From contig JARFYF010000036.1 in NCBI GenBank assembly GCA_030265395.1, forward strand, positions 14,989,693 through 15,050,556: a stretch of 60,864 bases of DNA. The letters are read 5' to 3'. The notes under the pieces were generated by a model. It worked only from the letters and a program-made list of their open reading frames with translations, was not told where the DNA came from and made no database searches. Shown here piece by piece: positions 1 through 10,665 of this stretch (position 1 is its first letter; each line of letters opens with the position of its first letter). The position numbers and the translations under genes are program-made. Source of the DNA: Rhina ancylostomus. Its lineage: Eukaryota.

Positions 1-78
1 GTTTGATGGGTGGCACAACATGGTGGGCCGAAGGGCCTGTATTGTGCTGTATTGTTCTATGGTTCTATGGTTCTATGA
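1..78 (+). mobile_element. CR1 LINE 3' tail
   Basis: gggccgaagggcctgtattgtgctgtattgttctatggttctatggttctatg with an octamer tail. Near-identical to 20632-20710 and, inverted, to 10540-10600. Confidence 0.8.
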
Positions 79-544
79 TTGAAGAAGGTGATTCAAAAGC
101 GTCATTATTTACTTGGATCAATCTGCTAGGGAATGCCTACAAGTTACACCAGAGTAACATAAAAACTGTAAGATATCTCTAATGAACACAATTTATCTAC
201 TGAACTTACCTTGCAGCAACTAACATTCAAATGATGCTTTTTCATAACAGAATATTAAAAAAACGCTTTACAGGAAGGGTAGTGGACACCAAGGAGCAGG
301 TGTGTTATCAGATGTAAGAGCAGCTAAACGAAAGCATACGGATACATTTTGAGAAGAGTTTTGAAACCTGAAGCAGAGGTTGCAAGGTAAAAATGTGGCA
401 AGAAACTGAGATTCCACAATAAACTGGCTTAATATTTGGCAAATGGAATTATTTACTTGCCTTGGGGTCACTATGGCATGGATTCACTAAATTGATTTCT
501 GAGATAAGTTCTTCTGTGAGGAGAATGAAAGATGATTTCATTGA

Positions 545-1430
545 GGCATCTCAGCTTCTGAAAGGGATTAATAGAGTAGATGCTGAGAGGCTGTTTTCAC
601 AGGCTGCAGGATCTTAGACCAGAGGCCACAGAATCAGGTGAAAGAGTCAGCCACTTAGGGCAGAGAAATTCCTTTATTCATGGTTTTTCCTGTGGGCAAA
701 GCAGACATTCTGCAGATGCAGAAAATCTAAAATACAACTGGAAAGGAAATACTCAGATAAGGCATCACACGATGTGGAAGTGGAGTTAACATTCTTGGTC
801 ATTGTTTCAGAAGAACAAGGTACAACTCTCTGGAATTCTCTCCTCCAAGGGATGGTGAATGCTCAGTCATTGTGTACAGAATGGGAATATACCAATGATT
901 TGGACACAAATGGAATCAGGCAATATAGGGATCAGGTGGAAAAGTGGTCTTGAGATACAGGATCATCTGTGAACATTAAATGGTGAAGAGGGGTCAATAG
1001 GTCATATGGCTTGGATTGGAGCCTACTAGCTAGAAGGAGAGATTGGACAAGCTTGGATTGTTTTCTCTGGAGCATCAGAGGCTGGGGTGCATTGATTGAG
1101 GTATATAAATTTAAGCGAAACAGAGCTAGGGTAGACAGAGTCTTCTTTCCAGGGTGGAAATATCAAATAATAGGGGGCATAGGTTTAAGGTGGGGGGGGA
1201 AGTTTAAAGGAAATTTGCAAGGCAAGGTTTTTACACAGATTGGTGGGTGGTAGACACAGATACGATAACAACGCTTAAGAAGCATTTAGACAGATACATG
1301 AACAGGCAGGGAACAGAGGGATATGGACCATGTGCAGACAGGTGGAATTAATTTAAATCGGCATCATGGTCGCAGCAGATATGGTAGGCTGAAGGGTCTG
1401 TTCCTGTGCTGCACTGTTCTATGTTCTAAC
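545..1430 (+). mobile_element. Two successive CR1 LINE 3' fragments (first interrupted by a Penelope-type terminus at ~690-820)
   Basis: Decayed ORF2 end (GALIEVYK..DRVFFP) and typical 3' UTR ending gctgaagggtctgttcctgtgctg..ttctatgttcta. Confidence 0.7.
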
Positions 1431-1539
1431 ATTGAATGTTTTGTAAATAGAATTTTCGCTGATAGTGAATCAAAGGACCTTCCCAATATTTTAGGTAAGA
1501 CCACTTACCGCACAAAATTACAGGTGGAAAAAGCACTTC

Positions 1540-4180
1540 TTCTTCAGCAGTCACTTGAGATCAAGGATTACCTGATTCCACTCTGGTTCTGTAGGTACTG
1601 ACGAGGCCAATGTGGTAAATGCAGCTGGGGTAGTAGGTGCCTGTTCAGGAGGGTGAGTGGGTAGTTCATGAGGTACGAACTCCATNNNNNNNNNNGCATT
1701 TTTTCAAGGAGATTTGAGCACATCCTTGAAGTTTTTCCTCTGTCTGCCTAGTAATCTCTTCTCATGACAGAGTTTGGAACAATCGGTCTGTTTTTGGAAT
1801 CTGGTACTGTAATTGTGAATGACATGGCCTGTAGCTTATATTAACTGGGACCTCAGTGATGGGCTATGAGTTTGGGAGAGGACTTTGGTGTAGGTTTGCT
1901 TATCCGTTGGGTGAATTTGGAGGATTTTGTGGAGACCATATTGGTGTTTTCTTCCCAGTACCTTGACATGCCTGCTGTAGATGATGCAGATCCAAGCATA
2001 TCAAAGAGCAGGGATCACTGCTGCCCAGTAGACCAAGAATTTAATGCTAGGACTGAAATCTTCAAATACCCTTTTCCTTAATTGATCAAAGGTTGCGCTG
2101 GCACACTGAATGGGGGGGGGGGGGTGAACTTCATCATTAACCTCTGCCTTTGCAAGAGGTGGCTCCCCAGATATGGGAAGTGGTTTACCTTTTCCAGGGT
2201 CTTGCCTTCAACCCTTATTTGTTGGAGGACAATGTGGTGCAGTGAGGGCAGGTTGGTGAAGGACCTTCGTCTTGTGGCTGTTGAATGTAAAATCCATCTC
2301 CTCAAATGCTTCAATGGATGAATTGGCCAAAGCTTGGATATCAGCATCTAATTACATGCAAACTTAATTGTCACCTGCATGCTGCAGCTTGACTACTGAG
2401 ATTTGGTTGACTTTGGCTCTGGAGTGTGGTTGAATAGTTTCCACCTAGTTCTGAAGATCACCTCCACTTGTGCAGGAAGCTTGCTGGAGATAAGGTGCAA
2501 CATTGTGATGAAACATTGACCGCTTCTCCATCCCTGATGAATCCATCTCTAGTCATGGCTCTTGGTGGGGCAGGGCCTTGATTGTTTGGGCCCCAGGAAA
2601 CTTTGAAGAATCTGCATGTGATATGGCTGTTGGGAACTCTCCTTTACCATCTCCATTCACCATCTGTTCTTAAGGTCACGGGTTTTCTGCTAGACCTCTG
2701 CCTTCAGGTGTCTACAGAGCTGTTCCATTTTCCTTAGGCAATGGTGGAGCTTCCAATCCAGGAAATCCTTACATTTGCAGTTAATTAGCTCCTCGATCTC
2801 CAAGTCATTCTCATTAACCCAATCCTGGTTCCTCTTGGTAGAAAAAGCAAGAGTCTCTTCAAAAGAGCCAATCATGGTGGACTTCATATGCAGCTCCTGT
2901 GGTCTGGACTTGACAGGATGTCTGTGAGGTATTGTATGAGCAAAGCTGCCTGAGTGGTGTCCTTGACAGCTTTGTAATTGACCTTCTTACAGCAATGTTT
3001 ACATTAATGGTGATGATTTGGGGGCCACCTTGATGGACATAACAGAGCTGTTTAGACACAGGTCAGTCAGCAGTCATTGGTGCCTGTCATGTTGCGGATG
3101 ATGTAGACATCTTTTGAGGTCCCTCACCTCTATGATGACATAATCTGACAGGTGCCTGGCCTTGGTACTGGAAGTATTGCCATGACCTCTTGCACTTATT
3201 CCTCTAATGAAACAGGGTGTTTGTTATGATAAAGCTGTGCTCCAAGCATTTTGTCAGGTGGAGAACCCCAATGGAGTTTGCATTCCCTACTCCTTTGCCA
3301 ATCATGCCTTGCCTGAGTATTGTGTCTCTTCCCCCACTTTGGTGTTGAAGTTGCCTGGAGGGATCAGTTTGTCTTTCTTTAAAGTGTTTACCAGGATATT
3401 TCCAAGTTTGGAGTAGAAGTCCTCCATGGCTTCAGCTGTAGTTTCCAGAATGAGGGTGTGTGCACTGATGATCATGGCATTTTAGATTGAGTTGANNNNN
3501 NNNNNNNNNNNNNNNNNNNNNNNNNNNNNNNNNNNNNNNNNNNNNNNNNNNNNNNNNNNNNNNNNNNNNNNNNNNNNNNNNNNNNNNNNNNNNNNATTCT
3601 TGATAGGAAAGTGCACTCCATGAAAACCCTAAGAAAAAGGAGCAGAATCAGGCCATTCGGCCCATTTGCTCCTGCATTCCATCATGGCTTATTTATTTTT
3701 CTGCCTTCTTCCTGTAACCTTTGACGTCCTTACTGATCAACAACCTATTAACCTCCGGTTTAAATATACCCAGTGATTTGGTCTCTACAGCTGTCTGTGG
3801 CAATGAATTCTACAGATTCACCACCCTCTGGCTAAAGAAATTCCTCCTCGTCTCTGGTCTAAAGGGACGTCCTTCTATTCTGAGGCTGAACCCTCTGGTC
3901 CTAGATTCTCCCACTACTTGAAAAATCCTCTCCATGTCCACATAGCAAATGAAGATCCACATCCACTGATGATGATGTTCCTATTCTAATTTGCTTCTCC
4001 AGAAGGAATACCACTACATTGTCCTTTAAACTAGTTATGTCCTGTCAGTTTGGTGTCACCTGTGCAGCGATGTTAATGCCAAAGCACCCAACTCCTCAAT
4101 TATGATAGCAGATCAATGTTCAAGGCTGTTGCTTTGGGATTGTCCATGAGGGTCTTGACATTCCAGGTCCTGAACTTTAT
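1540..4180 (-). mobile_element. Degenerate, near full-length RTE-clade LINE
   Basis: Minus strand reads the APE start motif KFRTWNVKTLMD at ~4175-4140, RNQDWVNENDLEIEELI (ORF 2690-2887) and LEKVNHFPYLGSHL (ORF 2078-2347). Many stops and frameshifts. Confidence 0.75.
3630..3940 (-). mobile_element. CR1 3' fragment nested in the RTE element
   Basis: ggccattcggccc...gaattctacagattcaccaccctctggctaaagaaattcctcctc is the reverse complement of a CR1 3' end. Confidence 0.75.
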
Positions 4181-4699
4181 ATTGTGGATTGGAAGTTATC
4201 TGTGCATTGTTGCATAGCAAGGTCTTGATTCAGCAAGGGAGACCAGGATAACTGGAGAATAGGGTCTGCTACATAGGTATTGCATATAGGTGGTGTATGC
4301 ATTGGTGCCACTTGGCAGATGCACACTTGTTTGCTCTCAAGGCTTGTTTGCTTGACAGACTTCCCTGAGTATCCTCCTTCCTTCTCATAATACTTTTCTG
4401 CCATACATTCCCAATCTTAACTGAATGGTTCTGCCACTAAATCCAAATGGCCAACCCTAGTGTTGGAACAATCCAGCTGAAAAACTGAACATTATTTTCC
4501 TTTTGATTTGCAGAGATTTGTAGACAGTTGAGATAATCATATATTAAAAATGTTTTTTGAGTTTACTTTAACATGGGAGCTGAACTGTAAACCCTTTCCC
4601 CTATGCTGTGTAGACAGGGTAACCAGTGGGAGGACATAACTGGCACATAGTTTCCCAAGGATGAAGCAAATGCCCAGGTCTGCCCATTGACTTTGGGAC

Positions 4700-5090
4700 G
4701 AGTCTTCCAGTCCACACCGGGCGGAAGTGCTGCGTACCCGCTTCCGCCGTGCTGAGTTGAGGGCCCGAGCTGCTCTTCAGCCTCTCATCTGTTTGTTTGT
4801 CAATAATACAGGGGGCAGGGAAAGGAGCCAGCCTGCAGGTCCTCGGTCTTGTTTGCCACCCTTGGACACCGCGGCTGAGTCATGAACACGGGCGGGCAGA
4901 GCGACAACTTCGGCCCGGTGCCGTGTGAGTAGCGACTGTGTTCTCTATGCAGGGGTCGGGGCGGCTGCAGTTTGATGGGAAGGGCCTAGGCCGACAGTGG
5001 TGCAGCAGGATGAGCCGGCGGGGCAGCCCCAGAACCTGAGTAGCGGCCCACCCGGGAACCTGGCTATCGGAAGGCGGGGAGGTACACTAC
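4700..5090 (+). promoter_or_regulatory. CpG-rich promoter / exon 1 region of ZFP64
   Basis: Sharp local rise in GC and CpG in an otherwise CpG-depleted window. ETS/GABPA-type GGCGGAAGTG at 4720-4729 and inverted CTTCCGCC at 4741-4748. No obvious TATA box. Surrounds the start codon at 4882. Confidence 0.8.
4882..4924 (+). CDS. ZFP64: ZFP64 coding exon 1 (MNTGGQSDNFGPVP + 1 nt)
   Basis: ATG at 4882 with G at -3, inside the CpG-rich region. Donor GTGAGT at 4925, phase 1. Peptide resembles the human N-terminus MNASSEGESFAGSVQ as recalled, and joins in frame to exon 2. Too short for the ORF track. Confidence 0.8.
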
Positions 5091-7339
5091 TCAGGTTCCA
5101 GGGCTTTGCAGAGCAGTATATGATATACAAAGTCAGGGGTTCCCACCAGTTACTCCCAGTGTTTGAAATTCTGCTTAAAAGAAGAGCTTCCCTGCTTTCT
5201 AGGTACATTTTACATTCGAAAACGATGTCGTTGGTACTGCTTGTAACGCGGTAACAATTTGCATTACATGCACTTGAAATTTGATGCATTAAAGACTCCA
5301 AATTAAAGTTACCCAGTTGATATTCCAATAGTCCTATTGCACCTGCTCTTCAATCAGATTATATATTGTTTTTCAATGAAACGGAAGAAATTATGTTAAA
5401 AATAATACGTCGTCAGTTTAGTTTGACAGGTGAATAATTAACAATTCAGAGAAGAGTTTCTTGTATGTTACAGGAACTAATGATGTACTCATTCAATGAA
5501 ACATTACTACCTATTGGGCAGGGCAGGACAATTCACTTGAAAGCTTACAATAAGTTTTCAAGTGAACAAACCAATTTCCTGATAGTACATTTTGTTCTGT
5601 CAGAACTATCAGAGCTATTGTATCAATGGGCAGAGCACAGGTACAATCTATGTTGAGTTAGTGTTTAGTTTATGTATTTGGAATCGACCTCAGTGTGTAT
5701 TCAAACTTTGAATCAGGAATTTTGCTCCTGCAACTGAAGAAAAAGATTTGCATTTATATAGCGCCCTTCATGACCTCAAGAAGTCAAAAGCACTTTAGAG
5801 CTGGGTAAAGTTTGAGGATGAGCGTGAACATCATGGGACCAAAACCACTTCTTCAACATAAGTAAAGGCAATTATTAATGGTATGAAATTGATTTTGTTG
5901 AAAGTGGATTGGGAAAATAAGCTAAGAGGCAGGTCAGTAAATGAACAATGGCAGAAATTCAAACAGCTGATCCATAATGCTCAGCAGGGCTTTATCCCAA
6001 TTAGAAAAAGAAATTCCTTAAGAAAGCCTCACAAGCTGTAGTTAACAAAGGAGGTCAATGATAGCCTTAAATTGAAAAGTAGGGCACACAAAGTGACAAA
6101 GGCTGGTGGTAGGCCAGAAGACTGCAAAATTTTTAGGATCCATCAGTTAAGAGAGAAAAATGATTTTGAGAGAAAACTTGCATGTAATCTCAAGCCAAAC
6201 AGTAAGAGTTTCAATGGATATATCAAGAGGAAGAAGGCAGTTAAGGTAAATGTGGGACCTCCAGAGAACAAGGTTCGTGATTTAATAACAGCAAACAAAC
6301 AAATAGCAGGTATTTAAATCTATTTTTTTGGATGTCTTCACTGTGGAGGACACTACAAATATCCTTAAGATAACAGATGTGCTAATTTCAAATAACTGGG
6401 AGGAACTTGTAAAAATCCCAAACACAAGGGACAAAGTATTAGAGAAACTCGCAGGGTAAAGGTGGACAAATAGCTGGGGCCCGATGGCCTGTATTCTAGG
6501 GTTTCAAAGGAAGTGGCTGCAGAGATAGTGGACCCATTGGTTGAATTTTTTCAAAACGTGTTAAATTCTGGGGGGGGGGGAAGAATTATAGACCATTTAG
6601 TTTAGCATCTACTGTTGGCAAGATGGTAGAGACAATAAAGAGCAAATGACTAATAATTTAAGAAAGTGGAATATAATCAAACATTATATTTAAGCATTAT
6701 CAAGCAGGGTTTTATGAAAGGTAAATCATATTTGACAACTTTGCCTGAATTTTTTGAGGATGTGACGGAGAGTTGATCGAAGGGGACTTGCAGATGAGGT
6801 TTATTTAGATTTCCAAAAGGCATTTGACAAAGTACTGCATAGGAGGTTGGTACATAAGTTATGAGCCTCAGGTATTGGAGGAAGTATGTTAGCTTTGGAT
6901 GAAAATTAGCTATCATGTAGAGTTGGTATAAGTGGGTCTTTCTCAGACTGGAGGGATGTAACTAGTGGAGTACCCCATGGATCAGTTCTTGGCCCTCAGT
7001 TGTTTACTATTTAAATTAATCACCTAGAGGATGGAATGAAATGTAAGGTTTCCAAGTTTGCTGAAGGTATGAAAATAGGTGGAAGGGCACGTTGTGATGA
7101 GGACATTGTGATTTTGCAAAGGGATATAGATAAATTGAATGATTAGGTGAGAATCTGGCAAATGGAGTTTCATATGGGGAAGTATGAGGTCAAGCACTCT
7201 GGTAAGAGGAATCAAAAGGTGAATTATTATCTGAATGGTGAGAGACAACAAACAGTGAAGTTCTGAGGGAGCTAGATGTTCCAGCGCACAGATCACAAAA
7301 AAGTTAGCAGGCACGTCTAACAAATAAATGAAAATCAAA

Positions 7340-7982
7340 ACAAAAATTGTAGATGCTGGATATCTAAACTAAAATCAGGAAATCTGGAAATACTCAGCAG
7401 CTCAGGCCTCATCTGTGGGAGAAGAAACAGTTAATGTGTCAGGTCGAAGACCGTTTGTCAGAACTGCAAGGAGGTGAGGAAAGGGAGTGTCTCATTGGGA
7501 AAAACTGGGGTGGCCATGACAACATAGACAAAAGAATAAACTCCTGCATTCTCCTTACATCCTTCCAGTCTGAGAAAAACCTTTTTATCCAAAATCTTAG
7601 TTTTCTATGTGATATCCAACCTTTGCTAACATACTTCTTCAATTTATGTAATTTATGTAGGCTCTTAATTTATGTACCAGCCTCTTATGCAGTCAAATGC
7701 CTTTTGGAAATCTAAATACAACTCATCTACAAGTTCCCTTCTATGAACTCTCTCTTTGTCACATCCTCAAACAAAAGCAAAGTTGTCAAATACGATCCCC
7801 ATTTTCACCCAGTTTTACCCTGTCAGAGACATTCTCCCTCCCCACCGTGGCTTAACAAGCTTTTCTTCACTCCTTCCCAGTTCTCATGAAGGGTCTTGGT
7901 CCTGAAACGTTAACTCTTTGTCTCTTACCATAGATGTGACCTGACCTGCTGAGTATTTCCAGCATTTTCTGTTTTTGTTTTA
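7340..7982. mobile_element. Penelope-derived fold-back element inserted in CR1
   Basis: Inverted arms: ctggaaatactcagcagctcagg..gtcagaactg (7340-7470) and cagttctcatgaagggtc..cctgacctgctgagtatttccag (7870-7980). Confidence 0.7.
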
Positions 7983-8344
7983 GAGGTCCAACAAGCAGAA
8001 GGCAAATGTCATTTTGGTCTTTATTATAAGGGGGTTAGAGTTTAAGAATAGGGAGGTTTTGTTACAGTTGTACATGGTGTTGCTGAGGCCACAGTTTTGG
8101 TTCCCTTACCTTAAAAAAAGGGACATAATTGCATTGGAGGCTGTCCAAGTGAGATTTACCAGATTAGTTCCTGCAATCAGATGGTTGTTCTCTCAAGAGA
8201 GGCTAGAGAGTTTGGGTCTGCCGTCCTTTGCGTTTATGTGAGTGAGGGGGTGAACTTACACAAACATATAAGATCCTAAGGGGGCTTGGCAGAGTAGATG
8301 TTGAGATGTTATCACTAGTGGAAGAGTCACGAACAAGGGAACAT

Positions 8345-8570
8345 AGAGTTCCTTGCCATGTTTCCAATGCCCAACGTACGTACAGCCAATACCTACAAAC
8401 AAATGAGCATTTGGGAGATCAGGAAGGTGGATTTGCCGGCTGNNNNNNNNNNCAGGCATCTTCTGCTGCCTGGGAACTTGGATTACGGCCACATATGTTA
8501 CTTGCAAATTGTCCAGGTTACAAATAGTTCATAGAAATGGAACTCTGCTATAACCTGGGTAGGATCTGTC
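8345..8570. mobile_element. Decayed Tigger-like (Tc1/mariner) MITE in CR1
   Basis: Right end gtccaggttacaaatagttc..ggaactctgctataacctggg resembles the end of the 14420-14727 element. Interrupts a CR1 3' region. Confidence 0.4.
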
Positions 8571-9287
8571 ATTACAAAATAAGGTACTGGTCCTTAAAAC
8601 TAATCACTGTCCAATACCTTGTGATGACATAGTCCCATGTCTCAAAAACAACAGCAATATCGCTTCCCAAGTATTCATGGTTGAATTGATCAATTTTTCA
8701 TTGTTTATTAAAACAAGATGAACCAGTTTGTGGAATGCCTGGGAACTGCCACAGTCTTCAANNNNNNNNNNNNNNNNNNNNNNNNNNNNNNNNNNNNNNN
8801 NNNNNNNNNNNNNNNNNNNNNNNNNNNNNNNNNNNNNNNNNNNNNNNNNNNNNNNNNNNNNNNNNNNNNNNNNNNNNNNNNNNNNNNNNNNNNNNNNNNN
8901 NNNNNNNNNNNNNNNNNNNNNNNNNNNNNNNNNNNNNNNNNNNNNNNNNNNNNNNNNNNNNNNNNNNNNNNNNNNNNNNNNNNNNNNNNNNNNNNNNNNN
9001 NNNNNNNNNNNNNNNNNNNNNNNNNNNNNNNNNNNNNNNNNNNNNNNNNNNNNNNNNNNNNNNNNNNNNNNNNNNNNNNNNNNNNNNNNNNNNNNNNNNN
9101 NNNNNNNNNNNNNNNNNNNNNNNNNNNNNNNNNNNNNNNNNNNNNNNNNNNNNNNNNNNNNNNNNNNNNNNNNNNNNNNNNNNNNNNNNNNNNNNNNNNN
9201 NNNNNNNNNNNNNNNNNNNNNNNNNNNNNNNNNNNNNNNNNNNNNNNNNNNNNNNNNNNNNNNNNNNNNNNNNNNNNNNNNNNNNNN

Positions 9288-9640
9288 GATGGGCTGGTCA
9301 TGAGGGCGGGGGAAGGGGAAAGAGAAGAGGTGAGGGGGCCACGGGAATGAAGGAAGACAACGGAGGAAGAGGAAGGAGGGGAAAAAAAGGAGGGGGAGAA
9401 GGTTACCGGAAGTTCGGGAAATCGATGTTGAGGCCATCAGGTTGGAGACTACCAGGGCGGAATGGGAGGTGTTGTTCCTCTGACCTACATCTGGCCTCAA
9501 CGTGGCAGTAGAGGAGGCCGTGGATGGACATGTCAGTATGGGGGTGGGATGTGGAATTGAAGTGGCTGGCCACCTGGAGATCTTTGCTTTTGCGGCGGAG
9601 CGAAGATGCTCGACGAAGTGGTCACCCAATCTGCGTCGGA
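9288..9640 (-). mobile_element. Penelope-like element fragment (GIY-YIG endonuclease 3' region)
   Basis: Minus strand reads RRRLGDHFVEHLRS, then ggccagccacttcaattcc and the purine/pyrimidine-biased tail typical of elasmobranch PLEs. Confidence 0.7.
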
Positions 9641-9659
9641 CTGGGTGACTGCCTCATTG

Positions 9660-10140
9660 AGTGCGACCTCCGCGTGCCTGGATGGGTGCAACCAAAACTC
9701 GAAAGGAGCTCAACACCATCCAGGCCAATTAGCCCTCTTGAGTGGTACTGTGCACAATCATTCCCTCTACCGCTGATGTGCAGTGGCTGCAGTATGTGTG
9801 CCATCTGCTAAATACACCGCATTTTCTCATTGGTTACTTTACAGCACCTTCCAAACTTGCAATCACCACCAGCAAGAAGGACAATGACTTCAGGTGAATG
9901 GGAAAGCCACCACCTACATGTTCCCCGTCAAAGCTCATACCTTCCTGAATGGGAAAATTATCATCAGTCCCTCATTGTCGGTGGGGCTAAACTCCGGAGC
10001 TCCCTACTCAGCAACCCAGTCGGAGTGCCTTTAACAGAAAGGCTGCATTTACTCAAGGAGATAATTTATCATCGGCCTCTCAAGCGCAGTAAGGGATGCA
10101 CATTAATTCTGGTCTCAGAGGTGTCCAGGGAATAAATAAG
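9660..10140 (+). mobile_element. CR1/L2-group LINE 3' fragment (second family)
   Basis: ctggatgggtgca..gctcaacaccatccagg..cagcaccttccaaac..ccaccagcaagaaggacaa; similar to 17480-17580 and 38750-39010. Confidence 0.6.
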
Positions 10141-10539
10141 AAAATTCCCAATGATAATCAAACCTGACATTGACCATGTGAGGCCATGTCAGGACCGGAG
10201 ACCAAAAGCTTGATCAAAGGGTTGTGATTTAAGGAGCATTTTAAAGGAGGAGAAGGGAGACATTTAACAGAGAACAATTCACTGCTCAACAGTTGAAGCT
10301 GGCAAGCTTACATCATGCTGTGGAGTTGAGAAGGATGGTTGGTGTTCAAAATAATCCCATAATTTTGTCTAGGGAAAGGAGGAAGACACATTTTATATTT
10401 CACTAAAATTGATTTGTACCATTAAATATCATGACAATAAACTTGACTTTGACTCATGTAGTTGTGTTGTCTCGATAACAATTATAAGCAACAGTATTGG
10501 CTATAGGTTTTTCAGCACAGAAAGCTACAACTAATTTCC

Positions 10540-10665
10540 ATAGAACCGTAGAACAATACAGCACAATACAGGCCCTTCATCCCACCATGTTGTGCCGAGC
10601 TTCAAACCACACCTAAGACTATCTAAACCCTTCCTCCCACATATCCCTCTATCTTAAGTTCCTCC
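10540..10665 (-). mobile_element. CR1 3' tail
   Basis: catagaaccgtagaacaatacagcacaatacaggccctt is the reverse complement of the tail at 1-78. Confidence 0.8.

Larger units (their letters stand above)
5830..8760 (+). mobile_element. Decayed CR1 LINE (ORF2 RT region to 3' end) with nested insertions
   Basis: Fragments FERKLACNLKPNSKSFNGYIKRKK, YLDFQKAFDKV (~6800-6835), GVPHGSVLGP (~6967) and RGLEFKNREVLLQLY..LEAVQVRFTRLVP (ORF 8014). Confidence 0.85.

Noticed and set aside
4945-5328. ORFs of 127 aa (-) and 85 aa (+) next to the promoter
   Set aside because: No recognisable domain, non-ATG starts, and GC-rich sequence that is depleted of stops by chance.
8604-9629. Long ORFs of 190-341 aa
   Set aside because: Their length comes from N runs with no stops; real residues are CR1 and Penelope fragments. 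The same applies to ORFs at 38997-39263 and 45639-46198.
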